From Paraspadella gotoi (taxonomy: Eukaryota; Animalia; Chaetognatha), in NCBI GenBank assembly GCA_051294375.1, contig CM119263.1:11757130-11821129 (forward strand): a stretch of 64,000 bases of DNA, in the 5' to 3' direction. A program made the translations under genes and the position numbers. Below are positions 9,942 through 21,928 of this stretch, piece by piece (within the stretch, counting starts at the first letter, position 1; the number at the start of each line of letters is the position of its first letter). The notes beneath the pieces are model-generated. The model was not told the origin of the DNA and searched no databases. It saw only the letters and a program-made list of their open reading frames with translations.

Positions 9942-12235
9942 TTTCCAGTCTTTTTATCCCAAGAGATCCCATCCCCGTCCGCCGGTTTCAAACCCTCCCG
10001 TCGACGACGCCGAAGACGAAAACGACGACTTTGATGCCGACAGCAACGACGATGACGACGACCAAGACGACGACCACGCCGCCACCAGGAGATTCCAATT
10101 TCTGCTAAGTTGTGTCAATCGTTTCGGACGTCGGTTCTTAAACAAGACTGCCGACCGTCGTCGTCGTCGTCGTCGCGGTTTTGGCCGTCTTAATCATCGG
10201 TTTCCCTTCTGCCTACTCCTCCCTTTCCTCTTATCCACCCTTTCGTCCCCGGAGTATCAGACAAATTGGATCATGCACCGATGGTTTCTTGACCGACACT
10301 TGCAAAGACAGCTTCGGCTTCCGTTATTTTCCCTCCTAATTTTCTTGTTTCCTTTCCCCAATTTCTGACTCATTTCCGCAAAATTTTTCATTTTTTATTT
10401 TCAGTAGGATCTGTTACAGCAGACACGATTCTATAATTCACTTTGTCAGTGGCCCCCAGTTTCGGTCAATAACTAAGCTCATCTCAGAATTTCTATTTTG
10501 AACTCAAACCTATTCTCTTTTATGATAACAGTTAACTTCATGTTTTTAGGGCTTCCGGATAGTAACCCTAAAATAATACTTTGTCCCTAAATTTGATTTG
10601 ATTTTTAATAATTAACCTTAATCTATTATTACCAAACTTATAACCCTACATCCTAACGTTGATCCTCAACCCTTATATCTAACCTTAATTACTCACGTAA
10701 TCTTTACTCCTGAAACTAACCTAATTTCGAATTTAAGACGACATGGGGAGCTGTGCGAAAATAATTATTTAAAGTCTCTTTTAAAATTTTATTCCATAAA
10801 AAATTCTCGTTCGTTTTATCCAATTCGCCGGCTACCAGTGGACGAAAGAAAAAAAAAGGAGCAAATAGAAAACCTCGTTCCCATATTCTCCCTTCATGCT
10901 GCCGCCCCAGATCCTTCGCTCCCCTCATCTCTCTCCTTCCTCGCTTACCTCTATCTTTTCCAATCCCAAGATTTCCCTTCCCTTTTTTTTCATCGTTCCT
11001 TTGGCCTTTTTCGGTTCAAATCCCTGCCTCTGGTCAAGACTGCCTTCATTTTTTTTTCTTTTTTTAATCTTTCCTGGCCCCGAATTTGCTCGAGTTTTTA
11101 GTTTCTTGCTATTTTTTGGTCAATGCCTTTTCCCCTATTAATTTCGGAACTACTATACCAATTCTTCCATTTTTAAAAAAATTATTTTTGTATTGCATAT
11201 TATCAAATTTAAGCAGTAAAATACGTGCAATTTATGAAATATAAAAATTAGCTGCTATGATTGTCACTTTGTTACTTATACATTCGATAAATACAATTAC
11301 TATATGTACTATTTTACGTATGCATTTGGTTTAATAGTTTATTTTGAACATTTATTCCCATAGGTAAGTAAGACATAAGAGTTTCTTAGATCGAAGCCCT
11401 GCCTCATTCCTTCCCTTACTCTTGGGTCGACCTTTTTCTTTTCCTACTTTTCCTAAAAGTTTTCCTGTTATTTGTTCTCTGGCGCCTTTTCTTTCCTTTC
11501 CTTCCTTTCCTTTCTTATTTCATTCCTCGACGAAATCAGACGTGGAGATCAAGAATCACGTTCGTTCTTTCTCTCTACTATCTCCCATTTTCCACTGTGG
11601 AATAGTTCCGTCTTTATTCTCGCTTTTTCGTTTCTCTTGTCTTAAGGTTAAATTTTTTTTCAACTTTTCTTCTTTTTTTTCTTCTTTTTTTTTTGAAACA
11701 AAAATCTACATTTATTATATTCTTGAGGCGAGTGAAGGTCTTTCTGAAAAAAAATATCGAAAAGGTCGAATCGCGATCGACATCCATTTTCTTTTTTTTT
11801 TTCTCATTCGGTTTAAATTCTCCGTCTCACGTTTCACTTCTTTTATTTCCTTTATTTTTTTTTCCGAGAGAAAAACCTGATTCTTTACTGCTCTCTCGAG
11901 AGACGTTACTTTCCTGTCGACTTCCGGCGGCGGATCTCTGCCGTCGATTCACAACTTTGGTTGGTCTCTCGGGCGCCTCAATTCCGAGATCGGCGAGAGG
12001 ACGCGAGTCATTGCTGGGAAAAAGCGTCTCAGAAATTGATGTACTATCTTGAACGGAAGATCTTAAAATGATGTTGAAAGAAAATAAAGCGTGACGGAAA
12101 TAATATTGTATTAAAGTCATACAGTGTTTGTTTTTTATAGAAATTTTCGATATACATACACGAGTTAACCACAAATATTTTATAAATTAAAGACCCAACG
12201 ACCTACCGACCAACCAACCTGTATTTAGGTCGAAT

Positions 12236-14101
12236 TTACAGCACAACTTCGGAACGAATATTTTTGTCATTATTCTCGTTGTCGGTTAAAATAATTCCTT
12301 TTCGCTTTCGCAAATCGAAAAATCGAAGACCCGTCGAATAAAAAAACCCGAGAGCAAAAATTGTGCTGACAACGATAAACATACCACATATTGGCTTTAG
12401 TCCCAACTGGTGAATGTCGGGCTTGACTCCGATGCAGGCCACAACCGGCTCCCTCCACTCGGCGATTTTACCGGTCACGTGGTACTCGATGATTCTGTCT
12501 GAAATCTTGTCCCGGAGAGGGTGACCCTTTCGGATGGGGAAACTGTACGGACAGGTCCCGAAGCTGCCGCGCAACACCGTCAGGTCGAGGGTGCAGAAAC
12601 GCTGCGGCGATTCGTCGAATGCATGTCTATTATTAGCACGGTTAACCTTTAATTTTTTTTTTTATACCTTTATACCTTTCGCAGTTGTTGTATTTTAATC
12701 TCGTTAGCGACAAACGCCCATCCGTTTTTAAAGAAGGTCCGAATCTCGTCGTCGAAGGCGTCTTCGTCGAATGAAGACTCGATCAACGTCGTCGTCCCAA
12801 AGCTCTCGTTGATGCTGTCCATGAGGTAGGAGACGGTGGGTGCGAGGCGTTGATCCGACATCAGGCTAATGTTTCCCATCCACCACCAAAGGTTCAGCGA
12901 CATCCCGTACTTGACGCGTCTTTGCGACACCAGCGTCCTCACATCCTCGATGGGAAACTTTTCGGCCTGAAGGTTGGCCAAGTTGGCTGTCAGATTGGCC
13001 GTGTAGCCAGTGAGGGCTACCAGACAGAAGATCCACCAGGAGAGGGACATTGCCCGGGACCCCGGAAAGTGAGGTGTCTCACCAACCTGTTGGGGTGGAA
13101 GAAAGTTGTTCCAAAATACTAAGGATCACGATAAAATTTTACATAAAGTCTGAAAAGGCTTTATTAGGTGTAACTTTGGTAATTCGTTTCATCTATACTA
13201 TTGAGACTAATTTTTTTTTTTTTAAGTTGTAGCGTGTAATCTTTAACGGCGATAACCTTTTGTCGAAACAAAGCAGCGAAGAGATTCCAAGCTGTCGTCG
13301 ACATTGGCTGGAGAGCAGTCCCTGACAAATATCAATATCAACAGCGACAAAATGGCAATACTTCAAAGTGAACCGCTTCGCAACAACGTTTCCTAATATA
13401 AACCCACCCTTCGCGCTCCTCATCTCCGCCGATCTTCTGGCCGCCCACGAAAAGAGACAACAATAAACGAAGGCGCCTAAGCAGATGGCGACCCAGAGCT
13501 GCCACGTGAACGGCGAGAGAAATTGGAAGATGCCGTGGGCGGCGGGTTGACTCCGCACGGCCACAGCTCGGTAATTGAGATCCCCGATCGGGCTGACGAA
13601 ATCGATCGTCTCCCGAAACGCCATCAGCCAGGGTAAGGCGAACCCGGCGAGGTCGAGGGAAGAGTTGGAGCTGAGATCGTGGTACAGATCAGCCACTGTT
13701 TAGAACAATTTCAGTGGGGGGGGGGCGATAACTATGGTGTTTTAGTTACACCTCTTGAAAAAAAAAAAAATTACATTAAACAAATGACATTTAGTTTATG
13801 GATGTAAGTTGTAAGGAAAAAAAATTCGCCCATTTACAGGTAAAACTTACGTGTACAATGGAATAGTGTTACGGAAAAGGCGTATCAAATCTATAAAATC
13901 AGGTTTTTTTTTAATTTAATTAAATTGTAATATTATTAACTTAGTTATTTTCTTTGCTAATTTTCGGAATTCTAACTTCTCACCATTTGAATATTTCTTT
14001 TCAATTATTGAAAATTGAAGATCATGCGATAGTTGTTCAATGATCCGTTTCTCCACGGGCTCGATGATGTGACTTATATATCCCACCGTAAGATTCGTCA
14101 T
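12236..14101 (-). CDS. Divergent ionotropic glutamate receptor-family protein (variant IR-like), ~415 aa as modelled; 5' end uncertain. Exons 14101-13984, 13695-13408, 13321-13257, 13086-12676, 12601-12236
   Basis: In-phase GT-AG splicing gives S1 (RETIDFVSP), pre-M1/M1 (FQFLSPFTWQLWVAI), pore loop (AWNLFAALFRQ), M3 (WWIFCLVALTGYTANLTAN, compare SYTANLAAF), S2 (PIEDVRTLVSQRRVKYG; YSFPIRKGHPLRDKISDRI) and M4 (LGLKPICGMFIV). Confidence 0.88.
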
Positions 14102-14635
14102 TTTGTTCCATTCAGAAAAAAGTTAATAGAAAACCTCAGCGATGATATATGACCAAAAATGAAATATTCGCTAAGTGGAGAAGGGACTGACCTCGTTATC
14201 GATTGAATTTTTAATCTTTTTTTTTTTTTTTAGAAAGTCGGGTTTTCGGTGACACGCAGAAACTGTTTGCTTAACATCGAAACAAACAGAAATGAAGCAA
14301 AGCTGTAATTCTGTTACCTGAAAAGAGATAGGTATTTTTCATGGATCTTTGAACTGCATTTTTCCAAAAAGCTTCTCACGGTAAGGAAGAGAGAAAAATT
14401 AATTAAAAGATTAAAATATTTTTTTCACAAATCCCTTCCCACGAATGCTTGCGGCACCCCCTTATAAGCAGGACTTAAAAGTTCAAACCAGTAATTTTTC
14501 TATTTCTTTTTGTTTTTTGTTTTTTAATTATCATTATTTATTGTTTTTTTTTGTTTAATTAATTTTCAGTTTTTTTTACGTTCCCTTGAAGCTTGATAGA
14601 ATTATAGTAGCCATTATGCTTCACGGAGACTGTTT

Positions 14636-14692
<57 letters not shown>

Positions 14693-14990
14693 AAGTGTAC
14701 AAAGAACGTGATAAAAGTAAAATAGTAGTGAGAGTGAGACCAGTTTGAGATTATGATCGGATACATTAATATGACAACATACATTTTTTCATGCCTCATA
14801 TACTCGTATTCGACTTTGAAGAATACGAAGATATACATCTGTTAAATTTTCCTTCTTTTTTGGATTTCTGTCAACATTTCTTCCCGAATCTTTATCGGAA
14901 ATGATTGTTCGACTATCCATCTTGTGGGATATAAAAGCTGCGTCCTATCTCTGTCCGTCTGCCGGCGTCTCTCTCTCTCTCTCCTCTCTC

Positions 14991-15037
<47 letters not shown>

Positions 15038-15567
15038 GTACCATGAAACTGCGGCTCTGACGTCTTTTGTTTCTTCCTAATCCCTTATCGATCTTTCTAT
15101 TCCTAGCATCTATTTTTATTTATGAAATAAAAACTAGCATACGAATCAAATTTATACTTATTTGTTAAGAAAATGTGAATGATGAAAATTCTTGTATTTC
15201 GTCCGTTGTGGCCATTTAGTATAAAGACGAAAAATAATAAAAATACCAATTTTGATTTAAAAGAAAACGTGTTTTTTTTTATCCTTTTTACGATTTTAAG
15301 AATTTCAACATCCAAGCAACAATGCATAATTTGTATTATAAATATCGCAGCCGTCTCCTAAAAAAAAGAGGAGAAAAATACATATATATATATATATTTT
15401 TTACTTTGACGCATTGATCTTTCCCTTTATTTTTTTTTTTCTATTTTTTGTGCGACGAGATTTAAATATAAATCTCCATTCCTCTTTTGTGGTTGCAAAA
15501 AAAAAAAAAAGAAAAAGGGCGGGAGGAGGTAGGGACGGTAAAACGAGGATATCTCCCTTTTTTTTAT

Positions 15568-15740
15568 TCACATCCTTGTCAGGGCCACGAACGTAGGTAG
15601 GGAGTGGTTAAGACATCTCGGGTTGCATCCCTGTCAGGGACACGAGAGAGGGATGTAACCTAATTTGAAATTCCGCTCGTCATCCCGCGCTCGTGGGTTC
15701 GAGTGAGATTGAGTGGGGCCTGAGCAAAGGAAGGGTGAGT
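15568..15740. other. GC-rich self-complementary island with an internal 20-nt direct repeat (candidate structured RNA or SINE head)
   Basis: Repeat 15571-15590 vs 15626-15645 (18/20 identical); 13-bp stem 15620-15632/15649-15661; the two ends are complementary in short blocks. Confidence 0.4.
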
Positions 15741-16607
15741 TTGGCGAGGATCTTAAAGTGAACAGATTGATTTTACCGAGGCTGTTTTAAACAGCCTTTC
15801 CTCTTCCTCCTCACTCCTATCTTCTCTTTTGCTTCGTTCGCACCTTTAACGCTTTTCTATATAACACACGGTCTTTATGTCCCTCCGTTAATCGTTAGCA
15901 TAAAGTAACGTACTTGTTGCCTATTTTAGAATGTGCTTTTTACTTTTTCTCTTCTCTTCTTTTTTAAAGAATTGGCTTCTAGCTCTCGATTACACTCCTC
16001 TCTTTTCTTCTCATCAAGTCGACTCGGTTTTCCTCTCTTTCTCTCTTTTGCCTCTCGTTCTTCTCTATTTCTCCTCTTCTCGACCATCTTTTACTCTCGT
16101 CGCCAAGTCGTGAGCAACGCCCCTTTTTCTCAGAGTACCTTGACCCCTTCTTTCCTTTGCTAAAAAATGTTTTTTTCTTGTTCTTTGCTTGTTGCATTTT
16201 TTCGTTCTTTTTATTTTTTTCATTCTTTTTATTTATTTGCGTTTTCCTTTTCCTTTCAATTTTTTCTTTGATTCTATATTTTTTCTTTGTCTTTACTCTT
16301 TAGTATGATATCGAACGCAGATGTCACGACAAAATTTTCTCTAAAATAGGAAAATAGACATCGGATATCAGAATAGCTGTAAGTTCTCAATATATATCCT
16401 CGTCCTGAATAAATAATAATTATTTTAGTTTTCTCTTCATCGTCGCGGTCTAAACCAAGGTCACCCACCGCTCCCTTTAATCCGTCCCCCCCTTTTTCCC
16501 CTAAGCTCTGTCTCTTCTTTTGATCTGCCCATTTCTTTGTCACCTTCGCTCCTTTCCTCCCTTTGACGATCCAATTTCCGACTCTTTTATGTCTTTTCCC
16601 GCAACGA

Positions 16608-17097
16608 CATGCAAACTGCATGCGAACAGCATGCGAACTGATCCCTCTGCGTTTTTGAGTCGTTTGTATTCGATCGAGAAAGCATCGTAAACAGCGAGAG
16701 TCGCCCGTCTGCGATTAAAACTTCAGAGAAATGGAAAAATGCTCGGTTGCATACGATTGTCCTCGCGAGAAGGCTTACCTAAGCGTTCCAACGAATTTCT
16801 CTCATATTAACTGAATTTTGCGACTGTTCTTGCGTGCTCCCGAGTACAATACTTTATTGGTTCATTTATCATCGGCTATTACATGATATTTTCTAGCAAT
16901 TGAAGGACAAACTTTTTTAACTTCGTCTATGATATTAAATTCACTTCTTTCTCACTCGCATGCAAATTGTATTCCCCTCTCCCACGCGCAACTTACTCTC
17001 CCCACCCTCGCATGCAAATTTCGCTACTCTCGATCTTAGCATGCAAATTTTACTCACGCATGTAAATCACTGCCGCTAAACTGTTCACCTGCAAATG
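16608..17097 (+). promoter_or_regulatory. Cluster of octamer (ATGCAAAT) motifs or a degenerate GCATGCAAA repeat
   Basis: Exact ATGCAAAT at 16960, 17012 and 17041; ATGTAAAT at 17060; three CATGCRAAC variants at 16608-16640. Confidence 0.4.
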
Positions 17098-18829
17098 GCT
17101 TTTCTTCTGCCTTCCTTCTCCGCGAAGACAAACCGAATAAAAAACTAAGCGAATCAAAACGCCTCGCGATCCACTCTTCTCGTTGCTTCTTTGCAAGACT
17201 CATTTTCCTGATCATTTCACGTGAAAACCGCGTGGTTCTTCTCATCAAGTCGCTGAGAAACGAGATTTCTCGTCTCATTCCCAGACGGGAGAATATTTTT
17301 GGTGTGCCAAAAATTGTTTAATTTGCATTGCCTAATTAATCCGATGTTAACCAATTTATTTTACTCTGTCGCTCAGGAAAGTCGATTCCTTTTTTTTTTT
17401 GTTTTCGTTTTTACTTTTTATGTTATTTTTTTGAAAATGTTTCTGTGATGAATAGTCGACGTCGCCGGGTGACGTTTTACTGGAATTTCGTGCTCCGAAA
17501 AACCAAAAAAAGGCAGAAAAAAATGGTTTCTATTTATTTTCTTACTCTTCCAGAAGAGATTTTCAACAACGTTTGCGTTATGAAAACCATAAGCTAAGAT
17601 AATGAAGCCTGCGAGTTTTCAGCTTTCCATTTAACCAAGTAAAATAACAAAAAAATTAAATTGCGCTCATACTGTGGCAAAAAACATAGAATGTGAGCTA
17701 ATTACTATTCAACTTTGTAAACGTAGTAAGAAACCAGAGGAAAACAATATAGTAAAAACTATTTTCAACCGTAAATCATGAGGACAACAGACGAAAAACA
17801 GGTAGTTGACGTTTATGGGGCCACAAAAATAATAAGGAGGGAATAAAAAGCGAAATTCCGAAAACCCGATAACAAAACAGTTGCCCCGACGGAGCTTCCG
17901 TGTTCGTTTTTAATCCGACTTTGCGACGAAGAAAATTTAAATTTTATATTTTGCCAAACAAATCAACGATTAAATGAGGTTTAGTTCGTCCGCTAAGGTA
18001 GGGATTAGCAGTATTCGACGAAATCTTTATTTCTCTATCGGCCGAAAATAATAGGGAATTTGATACCAAAAAACAAGGCTTTTTTGAAATATTTACTGTA
18101 TGGAAAATACTGAAAAGAAAAATTTTATTTTTTGAATATAGGTAGCGTAAGCGTAACTCTAATATAAAACCGAAAAAGAATCTTTCAATATAGAAAAATA
18201 TTAGATAAGTACAGAAAGCAATATTCTTTTTATTGTAGCGCAAAAACTAGGCTTTCTCGCAAAACTCTGGTTATAGAGTTTGCAAATGTATTTTCTCTCA
18301 AGGTATTATCATTGATAATTCCCAAAATGATGCGCAAAAATGCGCCAGCAGCAGTTCTGGCGATAGTCATTTTATATATTGTTTCCTACTGTATATTAAG
18401 GCTATGAATCATGCATATGTATAGAAACTGATATAAAAAATTTATTATGATCTTAAGATTTATCGTGCCTTTTTTCTGTTTAACTAATCCTCATTTTGCT
18501 TAATATATATGATACCTGTAATTATTATAAATGGGTATTATCTTTATTATGGTCTTTATTTTTAAAGAAATTTCAAACATAAACCTAAAGACTCATTATT
18601 GATCCACAATTTCTGATACTTTTACAAAATTGGTCCACTGGGTTTTTTGTTTAGTATTTTGTTTCTTTTTATCTATGATTTGAGATTTATTTTCGGTATC
18701 GTTTTTTCTTTGATTTTAAAGATTAAACCGAAAAAATAATCTCTTTAGAATCGGAGATTGTATAAAAAAAAAAGAGAAAAGAAAAGGAGGAAGGGGAAAA
18801 GAGATAGGGGGATAAAGTGGCTCAGTTTT

Positions 18830-19260
18830 ACGTCAATTTACGCCATTCTAACCCGAACAGCATCTTAACTTAATAGTTTTATTTGGAAAATGAAAAAAGT
18901 TATTACGCGCACAAAATTAAATGATATTAATAGGTTTTCTCTGTTATTTTAATCGCGCATTCTAAAACGACAAAACTATATAAAAAAAGGTCCGAAAAAT
19001 ATTTTTAAAGCAACTTAACCGAGTAGTTTTATCTATAAAATAAACAAGAAGTCTTTACGCCATGGAATTAATAATATTTACATGCTTTTTTGTTCATTTA
19101 ACGCCATTCTCGACCACAAAACGCCAAAAAGAGGCAGATAAATCTTTAAAAACCACTTAAACTGAATAGTTTTTACTAGAAAACAATCAGAAAGTCTTTA
19201 CGCACTCAAATGAATATATTAAAACGGTTTTACCTTCATTTCACGCCATTTTACGCCACA
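18830..19260. repeat. Degenerate ~145-bp tandem repeat, about 3 units
   Basis: The block TTAA(A/C)...TAGTTTT...AAAA...AAGT(T/C)(A/T)TTACGC recurs at ~18866, ~19015 and ~19157; ACGCCATT recurs with similar spacing. Confidence 0.6.
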
Positions 19261-19984
19261 ACTTTTCAAAATTTATATAAACATTTACAATTATTAACTT
19301 TATATATTTTAATATTTTTTTTGAAAAATCATTAACGCTACATATGTAATTAGGAAATAATACGTTTTGGCGTAGTTTTTACGTACCGCCACGGCGCCAA
19401 CAAACACGTAGTAAAAAAAAGAAATCAATCTGATCAAAATACAACATGTAAACTTAATTAGAAAAGAAGTTTTTCAAAATTTTTGTTGAATATCCTTGAC
19501 AGCAGATAAGGAGGCAGAAACGTTATTATCCAAATTGACGTAAATCAGTTGGCGTAAATAAATATTTAAAAGTCAACTTGAATTAACGATTAAAGTACAC
19601 TTCGTTAGGCTTAATATAAGGTTTAAAACTCGAATGAAGAAAATTAGTATTTCTAAAGTTTTTGTGCAATACCCTAGCTAAGGTACGGTTGTCAATTTAA
19701 TCACTAAGACACTTTTTTGTTTACTTTTTGTTTACATCTAATCCATATCCGTATGGCCATAAAATCGTGCTTATCAGATCTCACGCCCGCAAACGATGGG
19801 CATTCACTATTTTAGTTGCACAAAACCATCACCGCCCCCCTGGCCGCCTCGCGATCACCAACGTCGTCAACGTCACCCGAAAACCTCCGAGCCGCGAATT
19901 TTCACAAAACCGTTCGATCGTGAATTCACTTCGGCTTCGGTTCCAAATTACAGACTAATCACGCAAACTCATTTGTTCCGGATC

Positions 19985-20106
<122 letters not shown>

Positions 20107-21259
20107 AGTCGTGCCAGCGCCTCTCGAGGGGACGGAGACGAAAAGAAAGTCAAAGACGAGTTCGTCGTCCGCTTCGCATACTGCTATGATGTCGTCGCCA
20201 TCTTTGCCGTCGCTCTTTGCCGTCACCACTGTCGACGTCCTAGTTCCTTTGTTGGTCACCGTCTTCGTTGTCGTTGTTGTCCTCTTTGTCGGCATTGTGA
20301 GAGGAAGGCGAAATTCGATCAACAGTCCGCGTCAAAAGATTAACGCCAATCTTGCTTCATTTTGTTTTCTTTTTCTTCTTTTTTTCCTTCATTTTCCGTT
20401 TTCCTGTTTTCCCTCTTTCCTCCTCATCTCCTTTTTAGTTGCGTCGTTTTGAGGCTTTTCTTTGGATTTCCTTATTTCCTTTTTTTTTCTATTTTCCTTC
20501 AACTATCCCCTTTCATTTTCTGTTTCGACGCACTCTCTTTAAACCTCCTCCCCATTCTAGGTTTTTTTTTCTTTTCCATTTGTGTGGGTGTCACTGTTTT
20601 AGATTTCGTGTCTGGTTTTTACTTTTATTTTCTTTTGTTTACAGGGAAATTTTAACAAACTCTTTTTACCAATTTTTATCTTGTTCCCATGACTGCAGAT
20701 TGTATGCAATGTCACAATTCAAACCAGAACTTTTTGGTAAGATTTTTTTTTTCAACTTCATTTTTACTTCAGATATCAACAAAAATCAGACCTTATTCCG
20801 TTTCCTCCTTTTCAACTCGAGCAATAAAACTTTTCAAACACTTATTTTCTCCGTTCGTTTCTTATCAACAACACAATACCTGTTTTATGGTTTTCGTCTC
20901 CAATAGAAAGAGCCGCTTTCCAGCCTCTTGGCTTTTCCCAATTTTATGTATTCTTTCATTCTCTTCTTTTTTTTTCCCCCGATCTGTCCCTTTCTTTTCT
21001 TCTTCTCTCTTCAACGCTTTCCTCTCGCCATTTCACGCTCTTATTTCCCTTTCTTTTCCCTATTTTTTTCGATAAAAACATCTTTTTTTTTTGGGTGAAG
21101 AGGAAGTTGTGAAGGGTTTTGGGTAAGGCTGTGATCAGCGGCGAGAGAAGATGCGGGGGTGAGGGAAATGGAAAAAAGGTGAGGATGAAAAATGGGCAAA
21201 CGCCGGGCAAATAACTGCTAGATATTGGAAATTTTAGCGCCTTTAAAAAGAAGTTGAGT

Positions 21260-21359
<100 letters not shown>

Positions 21360-21892
21360 TTAAAAGGAATAAAAAGAAAAACATTTTTGAAAGGAAATTG
21401 CCGGAAGGGGAAGCTCGTCGAGTCTTCATCATTTTCGCGTGTTTACGTCTTCAACGAAGAGACGAGTTCCTAAAAGATGGTTTCTTCGAAGGAAACAAAA
21501 CAGCACTGATGACAAACAAAACAGAATTAGGCTTACGACAAATGAACCATTGCATCGGCCCATCGTCGATGATTGATGATCGTCTTAATACAAAATGAAT
21601 AAATGGTAAAAAAAATTACATATTTTATATTCTATTGTTTGTTTCTTTCTTTTTTGAAACTTAATTAAGTCAGTTCAAAATAATTTTTTTGTTTTAGGGT
21701 ACTAAAAGACGAAGTAATGATTAAATAGTTCTTAAATCCGTTCGTTTCAGGGTGTGGCACCGGGAAGGTTGCTGGACCACCACACGGGCCCTGACTCCAT
21801 AACTTTGGCTCAAAGTCCTCACAATAATAATTTTTCACAGGAGTCTACTTAATGAGAAGAATGCGTCGTTCTTGAAAATAAGAAGGTATGGA

Positions 21893-21928
<36 letters not shown>

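Noticed and set aside
15655-15664. TAACCTAA as a telomerase template for TTAGG
   Set aside because: It is mostly buried in a 13-bp stem, and an 8-mer match is expected by chance in 64 kb.
15596-15710. tRNA gene
   Set aside because: A- and B-box-like words are present but there is no acceptor stem or T-stem, so no cloverleaf.
20186-20296. Signal-anchor-like first exon MMSSPSLPSLFAVTTVDVLVPLLVTVFVVVVVLFVGI followed by GTGAGA
   Set aside because: Plausible, but (GTC/GTT)n patches are common in this window and no downstream exon could be linked.
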